Positions 39,201 through 51,705 of a stretch of DNA of 64,000 nt are shown one piece after another. The stretch is taken from positions 1,970,832 to 2,034,831 of the forward strand of contig NC_090417.1 in the NCBI RefSeq assembly GCF_036365525.1, written 5' to 3'. Position numbers and translations under genes: made by a program. The DNA is from Heterodontus francisci. Lineage: Eukaryota. The notes beneath the pieces were generated by a model. The model searched no databases. It had not been told where the DNA came from and saw only the letters and a list, made by a program, of their open reading frames with translations. The stretch's first letter is position 1. Every line of letters starts with the position of its first letter.

Positions 39201-41186
39201 TCCCTCCCTGTTGGGAACATAGACACAGGAGTAGGCCATTTAGCCCCTCAAGTCTGTTCTGCCATTCCGTGCCAACCTCACTGCATGTACCTGCCTTTGC
39301 CCCTTTTTAAAATTTGTTCATGGGATGTGGGCATTGCTGGCAAGGTCAGCATTTATTGCCCATCCCTAATTACCCTTCCGAAAGTGGTGGTGAGCTGCTG
39401 CCTTGAACCATTGCAGTCCTTGTCGTGTAGCTCCGTCCACAGTCCCTTAATACCTTTGGTTAACAAAACTACAGCAATTTCAATGTTAAATTTAACAACT
39501 GACCGAGCATTCATTTCTGTTTGAAGAGAGTTCCTGATTTTTATCACCCTTGGTGTGAAGAAATCTTTCATAATTTCATTCCTGCAAAGGTCTGGCTGAT
39601 TCCAGGGACTGCAACCCGAGTTTGTGTGATATCGCCTCATAATTTAACCCTTGATGTTGGCATTCTGGCAAATCTGCGCTGAACTCCCTCTGAGGCCAAT
39701 ATATCTTTCCTCAGGGTGTGGTGCCTGGATCTGAATGCAAGTACTGAAGATGGTGTTTCACCAGAGCTCTCTGCAGCTGGAGCATTGCTTTTGTCCCTAT
39801 GTATTCCAGTCCCCTTGAGATGAGGCCAACATTCCAGTAGGCATTTTAATTCTAGGAGTTGGCGGGAGTGCAGGAATGGGCCTCCCTCCTGTCTTCAGGG
39901 ACAAGGGAGCTTCCTGATGCTGGAAAAACCTCCACGTCACATTTCGCAGTATCGATGATTAGTGGCCACTGTTGCAAACAGAGGGAGGTTCTGCAGCTTT
40001 GATAGGGCAAAGTCATTGCCAGTGGCTCCTCTAAGCTGCCCAGCAATCAGAAATGTGCTTCGCAGGGAACAAACAGGCCGTGGACAAGCAACTTTCTCTT
40101 TAAGATGTGCACGGCCGACAGTCAATTTTAAAGGGACCGTGCAGTGCCACAAGCCGGCTACACCATGCAAATGGAAGTTCGAGGGAACCTTGGTTGTTAC
40201 TCTCTGGCACTCTGATTTACTGACTCTTCTGTCTCTCTGCCTTGCTTTGGGTGTTGCTTGTCCTTTTCAGGCTTCCTCAACATTGATGCCTCTGGAAGTT
40301 GCTTTGTCAAACTGTAAAACTTGGGCTGAATTTCAATTCTTTTACAGTGGGACAAAATCAAAGCCTTTTGCTAATCTTCAACTAACGAAGAATGAGAAAC
40401 ATCAACCAACTAACAATAAGTCAGGCCACTAATAGCACTGGGATTCGATACCCTGAATAAAAATCCTGCCTGATCTAGGATGGAATTTGATGTTTCGTCA
40501 CTGTAAACCAGTGGTCCTGGTGGTCATGTCCAATGAATATTGGCCTGAGTTATTCACCTCAGCACTTGTTTACAAAGAATCATTTGCTCCAGTTTGTTTT
40601 GCTGACTGATTCGAACTGCGTATGTTTACTACACTAAATCCTTCTGAATAAGTTTTTAAAAAAAAATAAATAAATTCCAAACATTTTATCTCCGCTATGA
40701 TTGCTTTCCATGCCTTGATCACAGGGAATGTTTGTCATGCAGGAAAGCAGCAGGGTTAAAAAGCGAGAGAGAATGGGAGAAACTCTGATCACTGATGGAG
40801 GCAACGCCGGGGCTGTGGGAAGTGGGAGGCAGTTCAAGAGTCGCACAGTTTGAGGTTCTGGGGAAGAACAAGTGAGAAGCGGCAACTGGTTGCGATTCTA
40901 GCGCTATGAGGATACAGGACACCGGAAGCCTGTGTAGGATGAGAAGGTTGGAAGACAGAGAGAGGAGTATTGAAATTACAGTGGGACACAGACTGCGGTA
41001 TCCTTGGTGCTTGATCTGATTACTGTTGCTCTGTCCCACGCTGCAGTGAACATGTGCGTGCCTTTGATTCCAAGCTTGTTTTACCTGTTGCTGTTTGCCT
41101 CATTCCAAGCAGCACTCGTCCCAGTGCAGCATGTTCCGTTAACTGCCGTGGGTACTGATCCATTTGATCTTCTGTTTCCTGTTCAG

Positions 41187-41347
41187 AAACCCGTCCGCCC
41201 TCTCGCAACAGCGAGCTGAATCGTTCGATGTCGCTGCATCACACCGAGCGCTCGGAATCCACACCATCCATTGTGTCGCCCAGCAGCTCAACACCTTACG
41301 TTCCCGACTTCTCTGTCAGGGCACTGACAGACCTGCAGTATGTAAAG
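41187..41347 (+). CDS. CNNM4: CNNM4 exon 6
   Basis: cag|AA...AAG|gtaaga; ETRPPSRNSELNRSMSLHHTERSESTPSIVSPSSSTPYVPDFSVRALTDLQYVK; 161 nt, phase 1/0. Confidence 0.93.
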
Positions 41348-42249
41348 GTAAGAGTTCACAGAATCATTCAGCGCTGAAGGAGGCCATTCGGCCCATCGTG
41401 CCTGTGGCGGCTCATTTGTCCCATGCCCCTGTTCTTTGCTGATAATCCTGGAAATGTACTCCTTCAAATATTTATCCAATTATTTTTTGCAAGTTACTAT
41501 TGAATCTGCTTCCACCGCCCTTTCAGGCAGCGCATTCCGGATCATACGAACTTGCTGCTTAAAAAAAGTCTTCCCATGGCTCTTTTGCAAGTACTTCTGG
41601 TTGCTGACCCTCCTATCAGAAGAAACAATTTCTCCCTATCTACTCTATCAAATCCTTGATAATTTTGAATATTTCAAATAAATCTCCCTTTAATTTTCTC
41701 TGCTCTAAGCAGAACAATCTCAGCTTCTGTAGTCTTTCCACATAACTGAAATCTTTAATCCCTGGTACCATTTTGGTAAGTCTCCACACCTCCAAGGCCT
41801 TGACATCCTTCCCTAAAGTATTGTGTCCAGAATTGAACACAGTACTCTAGCTGAGGCCAAACTGGAATTTTATAAAGGTTTAGTCCTGGTTATTTCGACT
41901 GTTAAGGGCCTGTACAATATTGATGAACTATGAATATAAAAAAAAACTAATATGATTTTTGTTACTTTCACTTAGTGGATGATTTTAGCCCATTCCCTGT
42001 GCTGCTCCCCAACCAGTGACAGCCCTGCCCTCACCAGTACCTTACCCTAGTGTTATCTGGCTCTATTCACGCTGCCCAAATTTGGAAGGGCACAGTCTAG
42101 AATTGTACCATTAAATCTTTTCAGCATTTCAACTTTCAGAGAAAAGAATCATGGATTGTTTACAGCACAGAAGGAGAGTATTCAGTCTCTGCAAGAGCAA
42201 TTTAACTAGTCCCATTCCCCTGCCCTTTCCCTATAACCCTTCTCTCTCT

Positions 42250-43063
42250 CATAAGGTCAGAAGTGGGGTTGTTCGCTGATGATTGCACAGTGTTCAGTCC
42301 CATCAGTAACTTGTACTGAAGCAGACCATGCCTGCACTGGCCAACACTCAGGCTTGGGCTGATAAGTGGCAAGTAATATTCACGCCACACAAGTGCCAAT
42401 GACCATCCCCAACAAGAAAGAATCTAATCATCTCCCCTTGACATTCAACGGCATTACCATCGCTGAATCCCTCACCATCAGCAGCCTGGGGGTTACCATT
42501 GACCAGAAACTTAACTGGACCGGCCGGACCGGAGTAATCACCTCCCAACTCCCCAAAGTCTGTCCGCCATCTACAAGGCACAAGTCAAGAGTGTGATGGG
42601 ATACTCTCCACTTGCATGGGTGAATGCAGCTCCAACAACACTCAAGAAGCTTGACACCATCCAGATAAAAGCAGCCCGCTTGATTGGCACTCCCTCCACC
42701 ACTGGTACACAGTGGTTGCAGTGCGTACCATCTACATGATGCACTGCAGCGACTTGCCAGGGCTCCTTTGACAACACCTTCCTCTACTGTCTGGAAGGAC
42801 AAGGGCAGCAGACGCATGGGAATACCAGCACCTGCAAGTTCGCCTCCAAGCCACACACCATCCTGACTTGGAACTATATCGCCGTTCCTTCACTGTCGCT
42901 GGGTCAAAATCCTCGAACCTCCTCCTTACAAGCACTGTGGGTGTACCTACAGCACATGGACTGCAGCAGTTCGTCTCACCGCCAGCTTCTCAAAGGCGAT
43001 TAGGGATGGGCAATAAATGCTGGTCTTGCCAGCAACCCTCGCATCCCATGAATGAATAAAAAA
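42250..43063 (+). mobile_element. Non-LTR retrotransposon 3' fragment (CR1/L2-group, distinct family)
   Basis: SEVGLFADDCTVFS RT motif, LGVTIDQKLNWT, and 3' end CATCCCATGAATGAATAAAAAA. Confidence 0.8.
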
Positions 43064-43652
43064 ATATGCACGCAATCATTTTATAAACCTCAAACAGCTC
43101 ACATCCAAAGCTAGATGAGACATACAAGTATCTCCTGTGAAATTGTCCTGGATTGTTTGGAAATTTATAAGTGTAACTCCCTTCTAATTAGATCGTGTTT
43201 GTGTATAAAAGAGCAATATTTTTTCATGAAAGTCGTTTCTAAAATAAATGGAGCTGAGATTAATGGTTTGGGGCTGCATAAGTTTGTGGCGTTGCTACTT
43301 CACTAGTAAGCTCCTCAACTCCCCCAGCTGGTGTTTGCTTAGTATTGCAGCTGCTGTTAACCAGCTATTGCTCCACTTTACAAATTGGGAGTGAATATTG
43401 ACGTGGATTAGTACCTCATGGGCTGTAAAGGACTTGAAACTGGGCTGCAGTTGTGAAAGGCACTATATAAATGCCAAAAAGTGCTGGAAATAATCGGCAG
43501 TTTCTTGAGAACTGATGAGAGGTTGTTGAGCTAAAACATTAACACTGTTTCTCTTCTGGTGTTGGTTTGTGTTCTGCCAATCTGGTAACTGTTGGAATGC
43601 CTGCCATTGTGTTTGTTAATTCATTTGTTCATAATTTGTTTGAAATGAGCAG

Positions 43653-43853
43653 GTTACACGGCAGCAATATCAGAATGGATTACTGGCATCAAAGTTGGAC
43701 AGCACCCCACAGTCCCCTGAGAACCCTCACACAAAGATCGACGTGACTACATTGGACAAACCTGATAGTATAGCGGATGAAACCACAAACCTCCTGAACG
43801 AGCAGAACTCTTTGAACCGTAGATCGAATCACACTTTGGAAAACAGTATATGA
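43653..43853 (+). CDS. CNNM4: CNNM4 exon 7 (last coding exon)
   Basis: cag|GTT...TGA; VTRQQYQNGLLASKLDSTPQSPENPHTKIDVTTLDKPDSIADETTNLLNEQNSLNRRSNHTLENSI*. VTRQQYQNGLLAS is CNNM4-type. Confidence 0.94.
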   Translation, partial: VTRQQYQNGLLASKLDSTPQSPENPHTKIDVTTLDKPDSIADETTNLLNEQNSLNRRSNHTLENSI

Positions 43854-46800
43854 CCCTACTCAGAGGCCTGGTACTCTGGATGGTTGGGCCCTGCTCTTGG
43901 GCATTGGAAACGGTTCATGCGAACAAACACCGTGCAACTTTTATATTGTGTGTGGACGCGCAAGAGGAAAAATACGACACGAAACAACTTGGGACAACTT
44001 AGGCCTGAGTGTGTGGAAAGGGAGGAATCCTGCCTGGTGTATTACTGGTACAGCCAGTGTTGGGAGGTTTTGGGGGGGGGAGGTGAGGGTGAGCAGTACC
44101 AGCTTTGGAAACAGTACAAAAAAAGACAAGACAAGACTTCCATCGCCTAAGACACAGTCATCAACAGCCGTTTATTTTCCTCTTGGCAGACGAAGCTTCG
44201 ATGTCGAAGATGGGTGTTGGGGCCACATGTTTTTAACTGGTTTACTGGTTGAGAGCAATCTTGGACAGCTTCAGATGGGTTCGGGGCTATGTGTTGCTGG
44301 GCGGCACTGTAACCGTCACCTCGGGTTGATTGGAGTAAAAATCCACCCCATTGCCAGCTTTTTTTCTCCCCCCACCCCCCCCCTCCTCTCTCTGTTCAGC
44401 CACAGTGTCAAGCTGGGGATGTTTTTTTTTCTTCCCCTCATTCCTTTTTGTGTATCAGTATTTGTCAGTGCGGAGGGAAGCCTGTTACTGTTCAAGTGCA
44501 CTGACAGTCACATCCATTTATACCATGGGCTAAAATGACCAGTGAGGTGTCTGATCTAGCATCTGTTTTTGGGGAGAGCAGCAGAAGTAGGAAGGTGCTG
44601 TTGCTTTTGCCAGTTTAATTTCATCCTCAAGCCAAAAACCCTCCATAGTTCAGTCTGCCAACTTCCCTCCTTCCTCAGTGCGGTGAACCCCGAAGCTCAT
44701 CGAACCGATCGTGTTCGTCACCTCAGCTTCTTAGTGACCCAAGGTTCCAGGAGCTCCTGATTGGCATACTGAGACATTAACGGGATGGGCTTGGGGGTGG
44801 CTTCTGCTGATCGTCCACCGGCATTTTGGCGGAAGATCACAGTATTCCCAAAGAAACAGCTTTCACGCCACTTTTCCAGAGTCTCTGCACATCTTCGCCC
44901 TATGATGGGGGACCTTCCTGCGGAAATTCAACCCCAATCTCGTGATCCTGATCTACTTTTACCCAAAGTAGAGGCATTGGCATCCAAGAACTTGGGAGAT
45001 CTTTAATCCGCTACCGAAGTCACTGGGCTTTTTATTGGTATTTTTGCGGGGGAGGAAAAGAGGGTGGTATTCGGAGGGAGAGATGGGGTAGTAGATTAAG
45101 TGTTCTAAAACTGTTGAAATAGATGGACAGTGGTAAAATAATGGACCTGTTTTCCTCACATGTTTGGTCCAATCCAGTTCTTGGATCTGATGTTCCTTAA
45201 GGCTGGGGAATTTTATTTTGAAGTGGTAACCAAACATGTATTCTTAGTAGTAATTGAAATGAAGCCATAGCTCTTGTTTTCTCAAATGGCTCGTCTCAGG
45301 GAAGCACAGACAAGCCCATGTGTTTTGTGTTCCAGGTTCTTTCCCTCCCCCCCCCCCCCCCCCCCCATCTCACATTGTGTGACCATGTTTCAGGAAAGCT
45401 GCAGACACCCACATTGGGCACACATCTGCAGACTGCCTTAAGGGTAACTTACTCCTGAGCCCATGGACTCTAACCCAGGCAAGGTGGCAAAGGTGATTTC
45501 TGCAGATTTAGCGAGTGCCAGTACTAATCGTAAATTGAATGAAAATGCTTTTCTGAGCAACCCCAGCAGAAAATACTGGGAATGTACATCATGTGTATCA
45601 GGATCTGAAAAAGGGAGAGGTAGGCCAATCTTTTAGGTAGAAACTATTCATTTGAGCAGGCAAGAGTGTATTTCTGTTTTCACTGAAGGAGGGGCTTTGT
45701 GGTTTTAATTGAAGGTGGTGGAAGTTTGCTCCACTGACCAAGGGGAGGGCAAACTTCACCTGTGTCTTTTTTTGGGTTTTTTTTCCCGTCAATATAATCT
45801 TGATACAAAGTTAGGATTTATTTCCAAAGTGCAGTCCTGTTCATGTTGATCAGTGCTACTGGTCTGAAGCAATTCTTCCAATTGCAAGTTGTTGAGCGAA
45901 TCCATTGATCACTGAATCTTTCAGGGCAGGAGATGGGAGTTTATCAAGCAATATGTAGCTGAGAGTCTGTAAGCTGTGGCAATCCATACGGACTCCCGTT
46001 GTGGCTGGGGCTGGCTGCTTTTTTTTTAAATTTCTGAATTCAAGTGAGAGATTGATGAAGAAACAAACACGATTCACCATTGCAATGCCAAGTTCGAACT
46101 CCTGTGTGCTCTCATCTGTGACTGTCAAAACTAATAGGTCTGTCAGTGTATTCTGAATGATCTGTGATGTGATAATTTACTGTTGGTTTATTTATATTTT
46201 ATGTTGGCTATTGTCTTCCAATTGGTAACATTTGCACACCGGCTAGATTTTCTGATGAAACATTTTCTTTCTTGGAATTATTTTTTAATTGTTTAGAGTT
46301 GGGTTGCAAGATGCTGGTTAATGCGCAACCCACCTTAGAAGTTATTTTGTCCTGAGTCTGTCCTGTGAATTAGAGGGGTGAAGCAAGCAGATCCCATTAA
46401 CTATTTAAAATTGTGAGTGAGTTGAGTTGCTCTTCACCTGAGTGTAACTGTGCACTCAATCATTAAACATTGGAACCTCTGTTTATACCACAGCTTTGTC
46501 TGTAATTGAGGGAGAGATCATCATGCAGGTCCCCAAAGACTCTGAGATTGTGACCATCGATAATTCCAAATGACTGTTTTTCCTTTAGAGGTTTCCAGGA
46601 TGTCTCGCTTTATAAGTCTGCTGCCCAGTGTGCAAGATCCTGGGCTGAAACTCTGGCTGTTATACTGGAGCGTACATCAGTTGGAATATATGCTTGCCGA
46701 GGCGCTCTGCTTGGTTTGACTGCAAAGGACTTGTGCACAGATGTCCCGAGAGGACGGAATTGGGATCAGCTGTGATGCCCTATGTGGTCGAATAGGCAGT

Positions 46801-48090
46801 GAAGCAGGCTAGCACACAAAGAATGCCCACCTGCAGCCAAGTATGTGCAACCTTCAGGCGAGAGGAGAAGGGGAAACTTAAACCCAGTCGGTTAAAGATG
46901 AAATAGAATTCACCCTCTTACACACACGTGGCACGACCAATCTCACCCCTCAAATGTATATTTATTTCCATTAACTCAGTCTCCATATAGTCCCAAAAAA
47001 GTTCACACCACTTCCCTCCTCATATTGTTTAACCTCCTGTTGATCTGAAATAGTTGTAAAATTTGTTCTTCCCTGTGGGTGGTGTTTAGGGAGTGGGCAG
47101 GGGATGAAAATGTTCCCGACTAAAGTGCGCACTCAGAGATGGCAATCATTTTTCAGAGTATAGATTTTAGAATCCTTTTTTAATATAAATCTATATATTA
47201 AAGCGAGAGTTTTTTGGACAATTGTAATATTCAAACTTCGACAACCATTTGCATGGAGGGTGAGACTTGCAACTTCAGCCTCTTGGCTACTATTAGAGAA
47301 ACTCAACTGATGAAAATCCAGGATGTGACCTGTGTGTGTGTGTGTTTTTTTTAAATAGCATTTTTATTTCTCGACCCTATGGAGCTGAACACTAGCAATA
47401 ATTAGAAAGCAAATGGGAGGTGATGGTGAATGCTGCAACATTCCCAGACCACCTACCTTCCTTGCTTGTGGGCAATGTTCCTCTGGTTCTACATGTTCAG
47501 GAGACATTTGAATTAAGAAACCTGATTTAACCCGAATGGGTGGCACTTGGTGTAGACTATATTTATTTTGCAATGAGATTTTAATTTGTATATTTTTGAG
47601 ATTTTTTTCTTCTTCCTTGAAAGGTTTGCATTAATGTATCCTGTCTTTCTGTTTTTAAACAAAACACTTGGAACCTTGAGGTCTGTGTGTCTCTTGATCC
47701 TTTTTTGAACCAATTCCCTGTTTTTGGGTTGTGCACTTTCTGACGTTTTTTGATAGGATTATTCAATGCCCAACGTGTTTCTTTCTGTGACTGGTTCATT
47801 GCGGACCTTGCCAATGGATGCTGAATTTCTGATTTTATATCTGTGACCAACAAGAGATTTTTCTTCTCTCTCTGTACTCCCAACAGATGTGTCAAACTTC
47901 TCGACCGAATTACTTTCTGTAATGTGTGTTGGGAGAGTTTTTGTAAGCAGGGAGTGTCAACCTAATTTTCTTCTCGTGGTGCACACGGTCACCATGTCGA
48001 AAGAATTTGTGTGTAATGCGATTTCATCTGAATTGGGGGAATGTATTATATATTTCTCTATTAAAAATAATTTTAATCTTTGGATTTTTT
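43854..48090 (+). other. CNNM4: Putative long CNNM4 3' UTR
   Basis: Follows the stop codon; poor in recognisable TEs and increasingly U-rich; ends at ATTAAA (48060-48065) with a downstream T/GT-rich tract. Confidence 0.55.
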
Positions 48091-48110
48091 TTAATGTTCT
48101 TTTTGTGTTG
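48060..48110 (+). terminator. Candidate polyadenylation signal with downstream element
   Basis: ATTAAA followed by TTTTTTTAATGTTCTTTTTGTGTTG; repeats resume shortly after. Confidence 0.5.
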
Positions 48111-49374
48111 AGCATAAAAAGTTTCAGGAGCAGAAAAGGGCTGCTTTGAACAATCCTGCCCCTTTACTGTTGGATTAGAACCACTACCCACTTTTTCACT
48201 GGATCCCTCAATCCCTTCACTCTCGAAACATCTTTGTGATGCAGTCTCTCGTCGAAAAAAAAAAACAAGGCCAAGAAGGGAAAAGAAATACCCTGGGAAG
48301 AATTTTCTCCGATCCCCCCCTCAGCTGACCAGTTCCAGAGGCCAAGTGTTATCTGTAAAGACACTTACCTTTATATATGATGTCACCTCTGCTCCAGTAG
48401 GACCCAGTACAGCTCCCTCTTGAATGCATAGAGTGTCAGCACCCACCGCACCAGTCAACAGCATGTTCCAGAGGCTCACTACTCTCTGTAAAATGAAGCT
48501 TCTCCCAACATCTACTGTATTCCTTTATTTGAACTCATGATCCCTGCTCCTCCCCAATCTGTTACACTGGAATAATCAATCAGGACGTTATCCAGCCCTT
48601 CAGTTACTGTATAGACCTCTATCGGGTCACCCCGAAGTCTATGCTGCTCTAAAGTAAATGGACCAAGCTCCTTGAGCCCAAGTAGCTGATCTTTAAACTA
48701 GGAATTGTTCTTGTAGCTCTCCTTTGGACCTTTCCGAAGGCTGTATTATATCACCCACCATGTGGGGGAACCATACTGGGTCCAGTACTCTGGGTGTGGT
48801 CTGACCTGTTTCGTGCCAAAATGGTGTCCTTTGATTTATACTGAATAGAATACGATGTGTATGTGTCTCCAAGTGTTATACTGGAAGACTTCAGTGTTGT
48901 CTTTAGTGTGTCTTTTCAGCATTTCATCTGCCAAGCACTGTTGCGATGTCCAGACAGTGGCTGGTTGCAGAAGACAACTTTGGGAATTCTACAATCCTGC
49001 GGGTGTCCAGACCAACAGGTTGGGATCTTCCTAATTGTGGCCCAAGTTCTAGTTATACTGCACTGCCCGAGCACATCAGTGTTAGCCCCACCAGCCCTGT
49101 CCTGCCACTCTTTTATGTAGGCAGTGCACATGGAAATGGTAAAATATTTTCATGCAACAGCGGTTCGTATAGTCTGTTGCTGCAGATAACATGTTGCAAC
49201 TGTTGTAGGCAGACTGCCCCTCTATGATGTTCTGCGAAAGAATCCCACCAAAGTCGTTGAATTTGTGTGTGTAATTTAAGTGGTACCTGATTTGATTGTC
49301 AGCACAGTGGGTGGTATTGAACCTGCCTTCACTCACCTGTCTGATTTAGGGACTTTTAGTAGCTTCCCTTTTTT

Positions 49375-51143
49375 AATTATGGTGAACAAAGAAATGGCTG
49401 ACCAACTAAATGCATACTTTAGTTCTGTCTTCACAAAGGAGGACACAAATATACCAGAAATGTTGGGGAACACAGGATTTAGTGAGAGAGAGGAACTGAA
49501 GGAAATCAGTATTAGTAGAGAAATGGTGTTGGGGAAATTGATGGCCGATAAATCCCCAGGGCCCGATGGTCTGCATCCCAGACTACTTAAGGAAGTGACC
49601 CTAGAAATAGTGGATGCATTGGTTGTCATCATCCAAATTCTAAAGACTCTGGAACAGTTCCTACAGACCAGAGGGTAGCTAATGTAACCCCACTATTTAA
49701 AAAGGGAGGTATAGAGAAAGCAGGGAATGAAAGACCAGTCAGCCTGACGTCGGTAGTGGGGAAAATTCTAGAGTCCATTATCAAATATTTTATAGCAGAG
49801 CACTTGGAGAACAGTGATAGAATTGGGCAGAGTATGCATGGATTTACGAAAGGGAAATCATGCTTGACAAATCTACTAGAATTCTTCGAGGATGTAATAA
49901 GTAGAGTTGATGAGGGGGAGCCAGTGGATGTGGTTTATTTGGACTTTAAGAAGGCTTTTGACAAAGTCCCACATAAGAGATTAGTGTGTAAAATTAAAGC
50001 GCATGGGATTGGGGTTAGTGTATTGCGATGGATAAAAGATTGGTTGGCGGACAGGAAACAGTAGGGATAAATGGGTCTTTTTCCGAATGGCAGGCAGTGA
50101 CTGGTGGGGTACCGCAGGGACTGGAGCTGGGACCCCAGCTATTCACAATATACATTAATGATTTAGATGAGGGAACTAAATGTAATATCTCCAGATTTGC
50201 AGATGACACAAAACTGGGTGGGAGGGTGAGTTGTGAGGAGGATGCAGAGAGGCTTCAGGGTGATTTGGACAAGTTGAGTGAGTGGACAAATGCATAGCAG
50301 ATGCAGTATAATGTGGATAAATGTGAGGTTATCCACTTTGGTAGCAAAAACAGGAAGGCAGATTATTATCTGAATGGCTATAAACTGAGAGAGGGGAATA
50401 TACAGCGAGACCTAGGTGTTCTCAAACACCAGTCGCTGAAGGTAAGCATGCAAGTGCAACAGGCGGTAAAAAAGGCAAATGGTATGTTGGCCTTTGTAGC
50501 GAGAGGATTAGAGTACAGGAGCAGGGATGTCTTGCTGTCATTATACAGGGCCTTGGTGAGGCCACATCTGGAATATTGTGTGCAGTTTTGGTCTCCTTAT
50601 CTGAGGAAGGATGTTCTTGCTATAGAGGGGAGGGAGTGCAGCGAAGGTTTACCAGACTGATTCCTGGGATGTCAGGACTGACGTATAAGGAGAGATTGTG
50701 TCGGTTAGGATTATATTCGCTGGAGTTCGAAAGAGTGAGGAAGGATCTCATAGAAACCTATAAAATTCTAACAGGACTTGACAGGGTAGACGCAGGAAGG
50801 ATGTTCCCGATGTGGGGGAGTCCAGAACCAGGGGTCATAGTCGAAGGATACGGGGGTAAACCTTTCAGGACTGAGATGAGGAGAAATTTCTTCACCCAGA
50901 GAGTGGTGAGCCTGTGGAATTCGCTACCACAGAAAGCAGTTGAGGCCAAAACCTTGTATGTTTTCAAGAAGGAGCTGGATATAGCTCTTGGGTTTAAAGG
51001 GATCAAAGGGTATGGGGCAAAAATGGGAACAGGTTACTAAGTTGGATGATCAGCCATGATCATAATGAATGGCGGAGCAGGTGCGAAGGGCCAAATGGCC
51101 TACTCCTATTTTCTATGTTTCTATATGTTCTATGTTTCTATGT
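49375..51143 (+). mobile_element. 5'-truncated CR1 LINE with several frameshifts
   Basis: KSPGPDGLHP, DFKKAFDKVPH, GVPQG..LGPQLF, RFADD, HLEYCVQFWSP spread over several frames; (TTCTATGT)n tail. Confidence 0.95.
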
Positions 51144-51369
51144 TTGTATACTGAGCTGGTTTGTAGCTCTCAATTGCTGAAAGATTGATTCAAAGTTAAC
51201 CAAAGACTATCCTGGTAAGACATCTCTGGTTTGCTGCTATGCTGAGTGAGACTGTTAGCCCCTTGACATCAACTTAAATGTAAGCAGCTTCTGTTGCCCC
51301 TCTCCTATTTGTAAATGCTAAAATTACCAAGTGGATCCGTGGACTAAATCTCACTCCAAACCTGGCCCT

Positions 51370-51705
51370 AACAACATTGTATTTCTAGAGTTCCCTTCAC
51401 AGCCTCCCAAATTGCTGTACAGCCAACAAAGTACTTTTGAAATGGGAAACACAGCAGCCAATTTGCACACAGCAAGCTCCCTCAAACAGCAATCAGATAA
51501 TCTGTCAGAACACCAGATAGCACTCCCCAGCTCCTCTTTGAATAGTGTCCTGGGATCTTTTATGGAGCCTTGGTTTCAGGTCTCATCCAACAGTGCAACC
51601 CTCTCTCAGTACTGCATTGGATTTTGTGCTCGACTCCCTGGAGTGGGACTTGAACCTATGGTCTTTTGACTGAAAGCTGAGAGTGCTTCTCACTGAGCTA
51701 CAACA
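51370..51705 (-). mobile_element. Deu-type SINE copy
   Basis: GGAAACACAGCAGCCAATTTGCACACAGCAAGCTCC core and GGAGTGGGACTTGAACC (reverse B-box). Confidence 0.65.

Noticed and set aside
41113-41151. 39-nt phase-1/1 micro-exon (ALVPVQHVPLTAV) before CNNM4 exon 6
   Set aside because: It would leave a 35-nt intron, too short to splice, and read-through into exon 6 is out of frame (74 nt). Mutually exclusive use is also phase-incompatible with exon 7.
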